Positions 8,751 through 18,619 are shown, numbered from the stretch's first letter. The stretch is DNA of 64,000 bases from Clostridia bacterium (GCA_017507145.1 JAFWBJ010000107.1:3712-67711); one strand, 5' to 3'. Translations and numbers: made by a program. The notes: a model not told the origin generated them from the letters alone.

Positions 8751-10770
8751 GCCTCAGATTACGATCGCAAAAAACGCCGGCTTCTGCTTCGGTGTTAAGC
8801 GGGCGACCGACCGTCTGGAGTCACTGATTGCCGAATCGGTCCCCGGGACGCGGATCTGCACACTCGGCCAGCTGATCCATAACCGCATTTATCAGGAATC
8901 GGTGGAATCGCGCGGCGTGCGCGTCGTGGATGCCAATGAAGCCGCTGCCCTGGCCGCCGATGCTGATGCCGAACACCCGGTGGTTGTGCTGATTCGTGCG
9001 CACGGGATCGAACGTGGGGTAGAGGAAATGCTGCGGACGCTTGCCGAACGCAATCCGCATTTTCGGCTGGAGGACTGTACCTGCCCCTACGTCAAGAAGG
9101 TACACCGTATCGCGGCCGAGAACTCGGGCGAGGATCGGATTTTTGTGCTGATCGGTGCCGCAGAACACCCCGAAGTCATCGGCATTATGAGCTATGTGCA
9201 GGGCGAGGGACACGTTTTTGGAAGCGCCGAAGAACTTGAACTGGCAATTCGACGAAACGAATTGGGCGATTTGTACAAAAAGACCGTCGCGATTGCGGCG
9301 CAAACGACCCAAAAACTGTCGGAATGGAAAAAATCAATCAAACTTTTCGAAAACCACTGTACAAATGCCGTAATTTTTGATACAATATGTAGTGTTACGG
9401 AAATTCGTCAAAAAGAGGCCGCAGATCTCTCTGCGCGCTGCGATGGGATGATCGTGATCGGCAGCCCGAACAGCTCCAATACCGCCAAGCTTTATGACAT
9501 TTGCCGCAGCCACTGTGCAGACACCCGCCTCATCGAAACGGCGGCTGATCTGCGCCTAACTGAACCATTTCCGCCTTTCATTCGGCTGGGAATAGCCGCC
9601 GGTGCATCGACGCCGGGCGGTATTATAGAGGAGGTATATAAAACCATGAGCGAAAATTTTGCACAAATGCTCGAAGAATCACTCACTACTTTAAATACAG
9701 GAGATACCGTCAAAGGCATCGTAACCTCGGTTACGAACAGCGAGCTGCAGCTTGACCTTGGTGCCAAGGTTACCGGCATTATCGTGGCTGATCAGATCAC
9801 CGACGATCCTTCTGTAAAGCTGACCGAGACCTATAAGGTCGGCGACGAAATCGAAGCCTTCGTAATTCGCGTCAGCGATCTCGACGGCGTTGCAACCCTG
9901 TCCAAGAAGCGCGTTGATGCCAACAAGAACTGGCAGCTGATTGTCGACGCGCAGGCCAACGATACTGTCCTTGAGGGCAAGATCGTTGAGGCTGTCAAGG
10001 GCGGCGTGATTGCCCTGACCAACGCAATCCGCGTTTTCATCCCCGGCGCGCACACCGGTGTGCCGAAGGATGGCGATCTGACCACCCTCGTTGGCCAGAA
10101 CGTTCGTTTTAAGATCATTGAGATCAAGGACCGCCAGCATCGCGCTTACGGTTCGATGCGTGCAGTTCTCCGCGAGGAGCGTAAGGCACGCGAGGCTGCT
10201 TTCTGGGCAGAGATCGAAGTTGGCAAGCAGTACACCGGCGTGGTCAAGAGCCTGACCAACTACGGTGCATTTGTTGACCTCGGTGGCGTTGACGGTATGG
10301 TACATACCTCCGAGCTGTCCTGGGCACGCATCAAGTCCCCCGCAGATGTCGTTTCTGTCGGCGAGACCCTGACCGTATACGTCAAGGATTTCGATCCTGA
10401 GAAGAAGCGCATCTCCCTCGGCTACAAGACCGCCGAGAGCAACCCCTGGTATATCTTCACCACCAACTATGCAGTTGAGGATATCATCACCGTTAAGGTT
10501 GTCAATATGATGCCCTTCGGCGCATTCGCGCAGATCATCGAGGGTGTCGATGGCCTGATCCACATCTCCCAGATCGCCCAGACCAAGATCGCAAAGCCGC
10601 AGGATGTGCTTGAGCTTGGCCAGGAGGTTGATGTAAAGATCACCGCCATCAACGAGGAGAAGCACACCGTCAGCCTGTCCATCCGCGCTCTGCTGGATGA
10701 TGCTCAGGCTGAAGCTGAGGCCGCTCCCGAGGCCGACGAGATCGTCTACTCTGACGACGCACAGGCTTAA
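8743..10770 (+). CDS. ispH: bifunctional 4-hydroxy-3-methylbut-2-enyl diphosphate reductase (IspH) / ribosomal protein S1 fusion
   Basis: The N-terminal ~285 aa are IspH-like (GFCFGVKRA, IRAHG, SSNT). The C-terminal part carries four S1 repeats (e.g. GVVKSLTNYGAFVDLGGVDGMVHTSELS). The ATG overlaps the plsC stop. Confidence 0.85.
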   Translation: MPEPQITIAKNAGFCFGVKRATDRLESLIAESVPGTRICTLGQLIHNRIYQESVESRGVRVVDANEAAALAADADAEHPVVVLIRAHGIERGVEEMLRTLAERNPHFRLEDCTCPYVKKVHRIAAENSGEDRIFVLIGAAEHPEVIGIMSYVQGEGHVFGSAEELELAIRRNELGDLYKKTVAIAAQTTQKLSEWKKSIKLFENHCTNAVIFDTICSVTEIRQKEAADLSARCDGMIVIGSPNSSNTAKLYDICRSHCADTRLIETAADLRLTEPFPPFIRLGIAAGASTPGGIIEEVYKTMSENFAQMLEESLTTLNTGDTVKGIVTSVTNSELQLDLGAKVTGIIVADQITDDPSVKLTETYKVGDEIEAFVIRVSDLDGVATLSKKRVDANKNWQLIVDAQANDTVLEGKIVEAVKGGVIALTNAIRVFIPGAHTGVPKDGDLTTLVGQNVRFKIIEIKDRQHRAYGSMRAVLREERKAREAAFWAEIEVGKQYTGVVKSLTNYGAFVDLGGVDGMVHTSELSWARIKSPADVVSVGETLTVYVKDFDPEKKRISLGYKTAESNPWYIFTTNYAVEDIITVKVVNMMPFGAFAQIIEGVDGLIHISQIAQTKIAKPQDVLELGQEVDVKITAINEEKHTVSLSIRALLDDAQAEAEAAPEADEIVYSDDAQA

Positions 10771-10782
10771 ATTGTTTTTCAA

Positions 10783-10820
10783 AATTCCCCTTCACCTCTG
10801 GTTGAAGGGGAATTCCTTTG
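10783..10820 (+). terminator. terminator-like hairpin after ispH/rpsA
   Basis: AATTCCCCTTCA-cctctggt-TGAAGGGGAATT followed by CCTTTG (weak U tract). Confidence 0.55.
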
Positions 10821-10867
10821 CGAAAATTGAACGATTCGAAACATACCGTAAAATTTCGAAAAAGGCC

Positions 10868-10896
10868 TTGCAAAATGCAAAAGAATCAAGTATAAT
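10868..10896 (+). promoter_or_regulatory. sigma-A-type promoter for the 10940 isomerase-nagB unit
   Basis: TTGCAA, 17 nt, TATAAT. Confidence 0.6.
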
Positions 10897-10939
10897 ACAC
10901 TTCAAGTATCTATATTGTATTTCGAAAGGAATATGGCAT

Positions 10940-11794
10940 ATGTATCAATTTCCGATTGGCGTAATGGTTAATTCTTTCCGCTGTGAGATGCACGATGCGA
11001 TCCGCCGCGCTGCCGGTATTGGGGCCAAGGGGCTGCAGATGTATTCCACTCGCGGCGCCTATGCACCTGAGAATCTCACCCCCGCCGCCCGTCGTGAACT
11101 GCTTGCCTTTGTGAAGGATCAGGGCCTCGTTTTTTCGGCCATCTGCGGTGACCTCGGCCGCGGTTTCCACAATCCGGAGCTGAATCCTGCGCTGATTGAA
11201 AAATCCAAGCGCATCCTTGACCTGGCCTGTGATCTGGAAACCGATGTGGTGACCACCCATATCGGCGTCATCCCCGAGGACAAGACCTGCGAGCGCTATG
11301 CCATCATGCAGGCCGCCTGTGCCGAGCTGGCCGCTTATGCCGACAGCGTTGGCGCGCATTTTGCGATCGAAACCGGCCCGGAGCCCGCTGCGACACTGCG
11401 CGATTTTCTTGATTCTCTGCATTCCACCGGCGTTGCAGTCAACCTCGACCCCGCCAATTTTGTCATGGTGACCGGCGATGATCCGGTGCAGGCTGTTTAT
11501 ACCCTCAAGGACTATATCGTCCATACCCATGCCAAGGACGGCGTTAAGCTGCGCGCATGCAATCCTTATGCGATTTATGAGAAAATCAAGGTTGAGGATG
11601 CAGTTCAGGAAGGAAAGGCATTTGCTGAGGTCCCGCTTGGGCAAGGCAGTGTTGACTTCGACGCCTATCTCACTGCACTGGATGCCATTGGCTATCGCGG
11701 CTTCCTCACCATCGAGCGCGAGGTCGGCGACGATCCGGCAAAGGATATTGCCGAGGCTGCCCGATTCCTTGAGACCAAAATTGCTACACTTTAA
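10940..11794 (+). CDS. sugar phosphate isomerase/epimerase (AP endonuclease 2/TIM barrel family)
   Basis: Start at MYQFPIGVM downstream of a consensus promoter. VVTTHIG...FAIETG...HTHAKDG...GFLTIERE motifs are present. Confidence 0.75.
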   Translation: MYQFPIGVMVNSFRCEMHDAIRRAAGIGAKGLQMYSTRGAYAPENLTPAARRELLAFVKDQGLVFSAICGDLGRGFHNPELNPALIEKSKRILDLACDLETDVVTTHIGVIPEDKTCERYAIMQAACAELAAYADSVGAHFAIETGPEPAATLRDFLDSLHSTGVAVNLDPANFVMVTGDDPVQAVYTLKDYIVHTHAKDGVKLRACNPYAIYEKIKVEDAVQEGKAFAEVPLGQGSVDFDAYLTALDAIGYRGFLTIEREVGDDPAKDIAEAARFLETKIATL

Positions 11795-11826
11795 TTTTTT
11801 CCTGCGTAAAGAAAGGAGTTCCCATT

Positions 11827-12552
11827 ATGATTCGTACTATTGTTTGTTCCGACTATGCGGAAATGTCCCGCCGTGCGGCGGATATTGTTGAGGCAGAGAT
11901 GCTGCTCAAGCCCGACTGCGTGCTGGGCCTGGCAACCGGCTCCACGCCCGAGGGCATGTATGCTGAGCTGGTCAAGGACAATCGCGACGGCAAGATCAGC
12001 TTTGCCGCCGTCCGTACCGTCAACCTCGACGAGTACTACCCCCTCGCCCCCGACAACGACCAGTCTTACCGCTATTTCATGAACTATCACCTTTTCGACA
12101 AGGTTGACATCGATAAGGCTAACACCAATGTGCCCGACGGCCTTGCCGCCGACACTGTCGCTGAGGGCCAGCGCTACGAGGCGCTGATTGATTCGATGGG
12201 GGGCATCGACCTGCAGGTGCTTGGCATCGGCCGCAACGGCCACATCGGGTTTAACGAGCCTGGGGCATCCCTTGATACCTACACCCATTGCACCGACCTT
12301 ACTCCCTCGACGATCGAGGCCAACTCCCGCAACTTCGCATCGATCGATGACGTGCCGAAGCAGGCGATGACGATGGGCATCGGTTCAATCTTCAAGGCAC
12401 GCCGTATCATCGTGATGGCATCGGGCAAGGAAAAGGCCGACGCCGTTGCCTGCATGCTGGCCGGTGAATTGGATACCAACTGTCCGGCAACTCTGCTCAA
12501 CCTGCACCGTGATGTGATTCTGATCGCTGACCGTGCCGCACTGGGCGAATAA
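11827..12552 (+). CDS. nagB: glucosamine-6-phosphate deaminase
   Basis: GLATGSTPEGMY, NLDEYY, and GIGRNGHIGFNEPG motifs. AAAGGAG RBS. Confidence 0.9.
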   Translation: MIRTIVCSDYAEMSRRAADIVEAEMLLKPDCVLGLATGSTPEGMYAELVKDNRDGKISFAAVRTVNLDEYYPLAPDNDQSYRYFMNYHLFDKVDIDKANTNVPDGLAADTVAEGQRYEALIDSMGGIDLQVLGIGRNGHIGFNEPGASLDTYTHCTDLTPSTIEANSRNFASIDDVPKQAMTMGIGSIFKARRIIVMASGKEKADAVACMLAGELDTNCPATLLNLHRDVILIADRAALGE

Positions 12553-12608
12553 GCTTAGCGAAAAATGCACAAGCGCTTATCCAAAACTGCATAATTAAAG
12601 AAACAAAT

Positions 12609-12659
12609 GAGGATTTTGCAAAAAAAACAAACTTTTTTTGCAAAATCCTCTTCCATTTT
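12609..12659 (+). terminator. intrinsic terminator after nagB
   Basis: GAGGATTTTGCAAAAAAA...TTTTTTTGCAAAATCCTC long hairpin with a T-rich tail. Confidence 0.7.
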
Positions 12660-12743
12660 GTTCACAGTTGTGCTATAATAATTTCATTACTTTGCCGTGG
12701 TAAAGCGATCGGCTTTGCAGACGGCTGCAAGGAGGATATCCTT

Positions 12744-14306
12744 ATGGATGCTAATCAGATTCAAACCCTCATTTCGATGGTGCTGTACATGTGCTGCGTC
12801 ACCGGCATCGGCATCTTTTTCGCCAAGCGGGCGAACAAGAGCTCAAACGATTATTTCCTCGGCGGACGCTCGCTCGGTCCGTGGGTCACAGCTATGAGTG
12901 CTGAGGCTTCCGATATGTCCGGATGGCTTTTGATGGGCCTCCCCGGTGTTGCTTACTGGTGCGGTATTGCTGATGCCGCTTGGACGGCAATCGGTCTTGC
13001 GGTTGGTACATATGTCAACTGGCTGCTGGTTGCACGCCGCCTGCGCCGTTATTCTGCGGTCGCTGGTGACGCCATCACACTGCCGGAGTTTTTCTCTGCC
13101 CGTTTCCGGGAAAAGAAGAAAATTATCATGACCATCGCAGCCCTTTTCATTCTGATCTTCTTCACCGTATACGCTGCATCCTGCTTTGTCACCTGCGGCA
13201 AGCTCTTCTCGGGTCTCTTCGACGCTAACTATCAGCTGATGATGATCCTCGGCGCACTCTTCGTGATTCTCTACACCTTCCTCGGCGGCTTCTTGGCCGA
13301 GAGTGCTTCCGACTTTATGCAGGCAATCGTCATGATCAGCGCGCTGTCTGTGGTGCTGATCCTCGGTACGGTCAACGCGGGCGGTATCGGTGCCGTGATT
13401 GAAAATGCCAAGTCGATCGATGGCTTCTGGACCTTCTTTGCGACGGCTACCCCCGAGACGGTTGACGGCGTGCAGCAGGTTGTGAACGGTGTCCCGCAGT
13501 TCGGCACAAAAACGCCCTATGGCGTGATGTCGATTGTATCCTGCATGGCGTGGGGCCTTGGCTATTTCGGTATGCCCCAGGTTCTGCTGCGCTTCATGGC
13601 GATCCGCAACGAAAAGGAGCTGCCGTTCTCCCGCCGTATTGCGACCGTCTGGGTCGTGATCTCGCTGTTTGCAGCAGTTATGGTCGGTGTGATCGGCCGT
13701 GCGCTCCATCCCGATGCAGCAGAGCTGATGACCAAATCGGGCGCCGAGAATGTCTTCGTCGTGCTTTCTCAGGGACTGCTTCCCGCACTGCTGGCCGGTA
13801 TCGTCATGGCCGGTATTCTTGCGGCTACCATCTCTTCCTCTGACTCTTATCTGCTCATCGCGGCATCTGCCGTTTCCAAGAATATCTACCAGGGCCTACT
13901 CAACAAGAAGGCTAGCGACAAGCAGGTCATGTGGGTCACCCGCGGCGTGCTGATCGCCATTTCGCTGATCGGTATTCTCATCGCGCTGGATGAGGACAGT
14001 GTTATCTTCCAGGTCGTTTCCTTCGCATGGGCAGGCTTCGGCGCCACCTTCGGCCCGCTGATGCTCTTCTCGCTCTTCTGGAAGCGTACCACCCAGCTCG
14101 GCGCGGTCGCCGGTATGCTGACCGGCGGTATCATGGTCTTCGTCTGGAAGCTGCTTATCAGCCGTCTGGGCGGTATCTTCGCCGTCTATGAGCTTTTCCC
14201 GGCCTTCGTCCTGGCTTCTGTCGCTATCGTCGTTGTATCCCTGCTCACCCCCAAGCCTTCGGCTGAGATCGAGGCTGACTTTGAGCAGGTATGTGCCAAA
14301 AGCTGA
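12744..14306 (+). CDS. putP: sodium/proline symporter (SSS family)
   Basis: About 13 TM segments. DYFLGGRSLGPWVTAMSAEASDMSGWLLMGLPG is the SSS/PutP signature region. AAGGAGG RBS. Confidence 0.8.
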   Translation: MDANQIQTLISMVLYMCCVTGIGIFFAKRANKSSNDYFLGGRSLGPWVTAMSAEASDMSGWLLMGLPGVAYWCGIADAAWTAIGLAVGTYVNWLLVARRLRRYSAVAGDAITLPEFFSARFREKKKIIMTIAALFILIFFTVYAASCFVTCGKLFSGLFDANYQLMMILGALFVILYTFLGGFLAESASDFMQAIVMISALSVVLILGTVNAGGIGAVIENAKSIDGFWTFFATATPETVDGVQQVVNGVPQFGTKTPYGVMSIVSCMAWGLGYFGMPQVLLRFMAIRNEKELPFSRRIATVWVVISLFAAVMVGVIGRALHPDAAELMTKSGAENVFVVLSQGLLPALLAGIVMAGILAATISSSDSYLLIAASAVSKNIYQGLLNKKASDKQVMWVTRGVLIAISLIGILIALDEDSVIFQVVSFAWAGFGATFGPLMLFSLFWKRTTQLGAVAGMLTGGIMVFVWKLLISRLGGIFAVYELFPAFVLASVAIVVVSLLTPKPSAEIEADFEQVCAKS

Positions 14307-14309
14307 TCA

Positions 14310-15149
14310 ATGAAATTTATTGCAAAACGCCGCCTCGCCCTGTGCCTGGCGGCCTTTTGTCTGGCGGCACTTTTGGTCTTTGGCAACCTGCCGCGCAGAC
14401 CGGACGGCCTTGAGGTGCGCGTGCTCAACATCGGTCAGGGCGATGCGGTGCTCTTTCGCACGGCCGATGCCTGTGTGCTGATTGATGCCGGCCCGAATTA
14501 CGCGGAGGAGAAGCAGTGCGCCGACCTCTGCGCGCTCGGTATCAAGCGCATTGATTTGCTGATTCTTACGCATCCCGACGAGGATCACATCGGAGGTGCC
14601 GACCTGGTGCTTGACCGCTTTACCGTGGAGCTGGTCTGCGTTGCGCCGCTGGAGAGCGATGCACCCAGCCACCTTCGCCTGCTGGAGACGGTTTCGGCGA
14701 CAGGAACAGCGATGCACGTCGGCCGTGCCGGTGACAGCTTTGCTTACGGGGAGCTGGAGCTCTTTCTGCTCGCGCCTGCCGCCGCATATGCCGATGCGAA
14801 CAATGCCAGCATCGTCACCCGCGTGACCTATGGCGAGACGGCAGTCCTGCTGATGGGCGATGCCGAGGAGGAGGCCGAGCTTGCCCTGCTGGCCGATCCG
14901 CCCACTCCGCTGATGGCTGATCTGCTCAAGCTTGGCCACCACGGCGCGAACACCTCGACCTCTGATGCCCTGCTCGATGCCGTCCGGCCAACCTATGCCG
15001 CAATTTCCTGCGGCTATGCCAACACCTACGGCCATCCTGCCCGCCGGGTAATCGATGCACTCAACGCGCGGGGGATCATCGTCGGCCGTACCGACCGCGA
15101 TGGTACGCTGATCTATCACAGTGACGGCAAGCGCCTGCGGCAATCTTGA
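14310..15149 (+). CDS. membrane-anchored MBL-fold hydrolase, ComEC C-terminal-domain-like
   Basis: N-terminal anchor, then VLNIGQGDAVLF...VLIDAG...THPDEDHIGG...LKLGHHG, as in the ComEC/Rec2 metallo-beta-lactamase domain. Confidence 0.7.
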   Translation: MKFIAKRRLALCLAAFCLAALLVFGNLPRRPDGLEVRVLNIGQGDAVLFRTADACVLIDAGPNYAEEKQCADLCALGIKRIDLLILTHPDEDHIGGADLVLDRFTVELVCVAPLESDAPSHLRLLETVSATGTAMHVGRAGDSFAYGELELFLLAPAAAYADANNASIVTRVTYGETAVLLMGDAEEEAELALLADPPTPLMADLLKLGHHGANTSTSDALLDAVRPTYAAISCGYANTYGHPARRVIDALNARGIIVGRTDRDGTLIYHSDGKRLRQS

Positions 15150-15157
15150 TATGAACA

Positions 15158-15197
15158 ATGCCGTACCGATCGCCCCCGATCGGTACGGCATGTTTTT
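15158..15197 (+). terminator. intrinsic terminator after the ComEC-like MBL gene
   Basis: ATGCCGTACCGATCG-cccc-CGATCGGTACGGCAT followed by GTTTTT. Confidence 0.8.
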
Positions 15198-16875
15198 ATA
15201 GATCCTGAATTTCGTCCAGATAGTCGTCGATGACGGCACCGTCCTCGATGAGGATGTCTCCGTATGCATCGATGGCGGCTTCATTGATCTGCTCGATGGC
15301 GGCATCCAGCATCAAGCCCATGGCTTTTGCCGCCGTATGCGCATCCGCGGTTCGGCCTGCGCGAATAGCGCGGACAATGTCCGCCAGACCGGCCGCCTGC
15401 AGAGCGGTTGAGAGGGAGTCGGACGAAGCAGGGCAGGGCACGTCCGGCTGCGGCGGCGGTGGCGCGGGCTGAGCCGGCGGCGCCTCCGGAGTCTCTTCCT
15501 CTGGCGCGAATGCTTCGACCAAACGGTGCGTCATCTGCCAGGATGCCCGCTCGATCTCGGCGGCGCGATCGGCCGAGAGGGTGGTGGACAGCGGCTCGTA
15601 GAAGGCGGCATAGCGCTTTTCTTCCTCGGCCTCAGCCCGCTTGGCCGGCGTCAGCGCCACTCTGCGCGGGAGCGCATCGGCCAGGTAGGCATCAACCAGC
15701 GCACGGATATCGTTGGGCAGGGCATAGAGCCCCAGCCGCGACTTGATGCCGAGATAGGCACGCAGGCGATTCTCGGTGTACTTGATGATGTCGGTGACCA
15801 GAAAGCGCAGCTCATGTGAGCGTGTGAAGCAGCAGTAATCCACCTCAATGCGGTATTTGTTCTCATGAGCGCAGAGCGCGCCGCCGAAGGCATCGCGGGA
15901 AAGGTGACTGTCCTGCATGCCGCCGCCCGAGAGCATGTGTTGGGGATTGTCGGCCACCGCCGCTACGACATAGGCCATCGCGCCGTAAATGTGCTTCTCA
16001 TACAGCGCGAGGTTCTCACCGGCCGCGAACTTGCTTTTATGGTAGTCATAGTTCGCGGCAAAGCGGATCAGCGCATCCACATAGCTTCCTCCAGCCGCGC
16101 CGGGGCGGTCCAGCCAGAATTCCTTGAGGGCAGAACCGGCGGCCAGCACCTCGGCCTCTTCTCCCAATGCCGCCGTCGGCGGCGGAAGGTGGTGGATCAG
16201 GCAGTAATCGCAGATCCATTCCCCAAGAAACCGGTCAAGACGGGGATAACGCGCGCGGTAGCCCTGCCAGAGCGCACAAAGGGCGGCAAGTCCCTCCGGC
16301 GGCGGGATCTCGCGGCCGAGATTGATGATTTCATAGAGGTAGAGGAGCAGATAGGTGTAGTCACAGTCGGGGTAAATCCCCTGCCGCACCTGCGAGCGCC
16401 AGTAGAGATACCAGGCAAGCCGGTTTTCGGTTAGCTGTGCATATTGCGGCACATAGGAGAAAAATGGCTCACGCGGGCAGGGAGGGGCATCGACATGGAG
16501 ATAACGCCGCGCATCGGCGACGAAACGCTCATAATAGTTGTAGGCCGACGGCCAGCGGTAGATGCGGACGGTGTGAATCAGCGAGTTCTCGGGCTGATAG
16601 GTGTCGATGGGCGGAGCCTTCTGCCGCACCGCCGCCGTGTCATGCGGGGGGATTGTGCGGTAGACCAGGGGCTGACCTTCGTCGGCAGGCCGCTGGGTCA
16701 GTTTGCGCTCTCCGTCATCAGCGGAGACGGAAGGCGGATCAACTGTCAGCTCGACCGGCTCGGTGGAGTGGGGCTGCGGAGGTGTTGGTGTTCGGCTTTG
16801 CTTGCGTGGAAGCAGTTCATCGATTGTCCAGAAACGGTCAAGCGCATCCTCACGCGATTTATCCTGCGGCATCAT
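15196..16875 (-). CDS. TerB-N / TerB-C domain-containing protein
   Basis: Pro-rich N-terminus. FFSYVPQYAQLTENRLAWYLYWRSQVRQG matches my recollection of the TerB_N core, and the acidic helical C-terminus (INEAAIDAYGDILIEDG...IDDYLDEI) looks TerB_C-like. The assignment comes from motif memory only. Confidence 0.6.
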   Translation of the reverse strand: MMPQDKSREDALDRFWTIDELLPRKQSRTPTPPQPHSTEPVELTVDPPSVSADDGERKLTQRPADEGQPLVYRTIPPHDTAAVRQKAPPIDTYQPENSLIHTVRIYRWPSAYNYYERFVADARRYLHVDAPPCPREPFFSYVPQYAQLTENRLAWYLYWRSQVRQGIYPDCDYTYLLLYLYEIINLGREIPPPEGLAALCALWQGYRARYPRLDRFLGEWICDYCLIHHLPPPTAALGEEAEVLAAGSALKEFWLDRPGAAGGSYVDALIRFAANYDYHKSKFAAGENLALYEKHIYGAMAYVVAAVADNPQHMLSGGGMQDSHLSRDAFGGALCAHENKYRIEVDYCCFTRSHELRFLVTDIIKYTENRLRAYLGIKSRLGLYALPNDIRALVDAYLADALPRRVALTPAKRAEAEEEKRYAAFYEPLSTTLSADRAAEIERASWQMTHRLVEAFAPEEETPEAPPAQPAPPPPQPDVPCPASSDSLSTALQAAGLADIVRAIRAGRTADAHTAAKAMGLMLDAAIEQINEAAIDAYGDILIEDGAVIDDYLDEIQDL

Positions 16876-16889
16876 ATCCCTCCTCGGTC

Positions 16890-16905
16890 AAGGTGTTAAC
16901 ACCTT
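16890..16905. promoter_or_regulatory. perfect 16-bp palindrome AAGGTGTTAACACCTT abutting the -10 box (operator-like)
   Basis: The sequence equals its own reverse complement. It spans roughly -1 to +15 of the TerB-N promoter. Confidence 0.5.
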
Positions 16906-16934
16906 ATTATACCACGGATCGCATGCCCTGTCAA
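16906..16934 (-). promoter_or_regulatory. sigma-A-type promoter for the TerB-N gene
   Basis: On the minus strand: TTGACA (16934-16929), 17 nt, TATAAT (16911-16906). Confidence 0.6.
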
Positions 16935-16954
16935 CGCATACTTTGCCTTCCAAT

Positions 16955-17260
16955 TTACCCCAGCTGCGACAGCGCACGGCAGATCACCCGGCAAATCTCG
17001 ACGAGTACCGCATCAAGCAGCGGGAAATCGGGCCAAAGTTCGGCCAGCTTTTCCTGCAGAAGCGCCAGCAGATGCCGGTCCAGCACGACCGTGCCGACCG
17101 ACAGACGGACGGTGATGCAGCCGGTGCTGACCTCACATACCCGGTCGATCCAGGCCGCGGCGGCTTCTGCGGCAGGGCGAAGCAGAATCAAGAGCCCAAG
17201 CAGCCCCGCCGCAAGCAGAATCCGCCCGGCGATCCCGATCATCGTTTTGATGTTTTTCAC
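16955..17260 (-). CDS. hypothetical small membrane-anchored protein downstream of spoIIP
   Basis: 101-aa ORF 15 nt after the spoIIP stop with an N-terminal TM segment. The RBS is poorly placed and I recognise no family. Confidence 0.4.
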   Translation of the reverse strand: MKNIKTMIGIAGRILLAAGLLGLLILLRPAAEAAAAWIDRVCEVSTGCITVRLSVGTVVLDRHLLALLQEKLAELWPDFPLLDAVLVEICRVICRALSQLG

Positions 17261-17275
17261 TCCTTTTCGTCCCGC

Positions 17276-18553
17276 TCAGCTACCCTTGATCATTTCCGCC
17301 AAGGTCTGCGCGACCAGCTCACCTGCGCGCAGCGCTTCGCCCAGACTGTTTCCGCTGGCCCCGATCTCCAGCAGCAAGGAGAGGGGCCCGAGGTGCTCGT
17401 TGAAGGCCGCCCCGCGCAAATAGACCGGCCGTGCAAAGTGCGGATAGTTCTGATTCAGCGCCTCGCGAAGCTGCAGGGCAAAGGCGAGATTGCGCTCCCA
17501 GTGCGGGAAGACCGCTCCCTTGTAGTCACTGCCGGCCAGAATCATCACCTGCGCCACCGCTTCGCCGTCGATGGCCACGACCGGCTTAACCAGCTCATTC
17601 TCGCCGCGGATCAGCGCATCGCGGTGCACGTCCAATATGTAGGCGATCGACGGATACTCAGCCAGATACGCGCGGATGGTCTCGGCGGCCCGCACATAAG
17701 CATCGCGGTAGGCGCTTTTGTCGTGCAGGATCACACAGTGCAGGGTGGGTACTCCCGACGCGGACAGCACCTCGGCCATGCGCGCGCCGACCGCCACGAC
17801 ATTCTCCTGCGGATCGCTTGAGCGGGCGTAGTCATCCGATGTGGGGTAAGAGATTGCCCCTTCCGGCGAGTAAGCCTCAGTGCCATGCGTGTGCAGGATG
17901 AGCACCAGCGGTTCTCCCGGCGGATAGATCGTGGCCGATGTATAGCTGTAAGACGGCAGAACATCATCCCGCTCGATCAGCGCGGCCAGATCGGGCGTGT
18001 AGGCCGTTTCGTTGCTGATGTAAAGTGAGCCGTACTCGGCCAGACTCAGATCCAGCGGCAGAATGGGCATCTCGCCTGCCGGGACCAGCTCGGGATCGTA
18101 GGCATAAACATCAAGCGGCCTGGCCGAGGCGGCGAGATCTTCTTCGGCGGTGAGCGGCGCAGTCTGGGCCGACGAGGGCGCCTGCGTCGTGTCAGCCAAA
18201 GCTGAATCGGCCGCATCCGGCAATCCCCGCCGCGTACCCGATCGGGGATAGAGCACCTGGCCGATCATCAACTCCAGCAGAGAATCCTCTCCTCGCTCGG
18301 CACCAATGCCGAGCACGCGGGTCAGGATCAGCCGGCGCAGATAGCCGTCTCCGCCATTCTGCATCTTTTGCACGGCTTGGACGCCAAGCAGACTCAAGGT
18401 CAGCAGGGCCGCTGATACCGTGACGCTGCACCACAGCGTATAAGCGCGGCGCAGGCGGCGGAGATGCTGCTGCTCAAGCTGTGGCTCTTGAATGGGTATT
18501 TCATGGGGCGGGGGCAGTTCGGGAATTTCGTTGCTTTGTTTTTGTTCGTCCAT
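17276..18553 (-). CDS. spoIIP: stage II sporulation protein P
   Basis: VLILHTHGTEAYSP...IAYILDVHRDAL...AFNEHL motifs. ATG 18553 follows GGAGGAT. It lies immediately downstream of gpr, as in Bacillus. Confidence 0.85.
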   Translation of the reverse strand: MDEQKQSNEIPELPPPHEIPIQEPQLEQQHLRRLRRAYTLWCSVTVSAALLTLSLLGVQAVQKMQNGGDGYLRRLILTRVLGIGAERGEDSLLELMIGQVLYPRSGTRRGLPDAADSALADTTQAPSSAQTAPLTAEEDLAASARPLDVYAYDPELVPAGEMPILPLDLSLAEYGSLYISNETAYTPDLAALIERDDVLPSYSYTSATIYPPGEPLVLILHTHGTEAYSPEGAISYPTSDDYARSSDPQENVVAVGARMAEVLSASGVPTLHCVILHDKSAYRDAYVRAAETIRAYLAEYPSIAYILDVHRDALIRGENELVKPVVAIDGEAVAQVMILAGSDYKGAVFPHWERNLAFALQLREALNQNYPHFARPVYLRGAAFNEHLGPLSLLLEIGASGNSLGEALRAGELVAQTLAEMIKGS

Positions 18554-18619
18554 CGCGATCCTCCATCCTGTTCGATTTGCGGTCTTGTCCGAGATAAGCA
18601 TATGCGCGGTGGGGGCGGT

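Noticed and set aside
8743-10770. IspH fused to ribosomal protein S1 as a potential novelty.
   Set aside because: To my knowledge this fusion and the cmk-plsC-ispH/rpsA order are already widespread in Clostridia, so it is annotated as a feature only.
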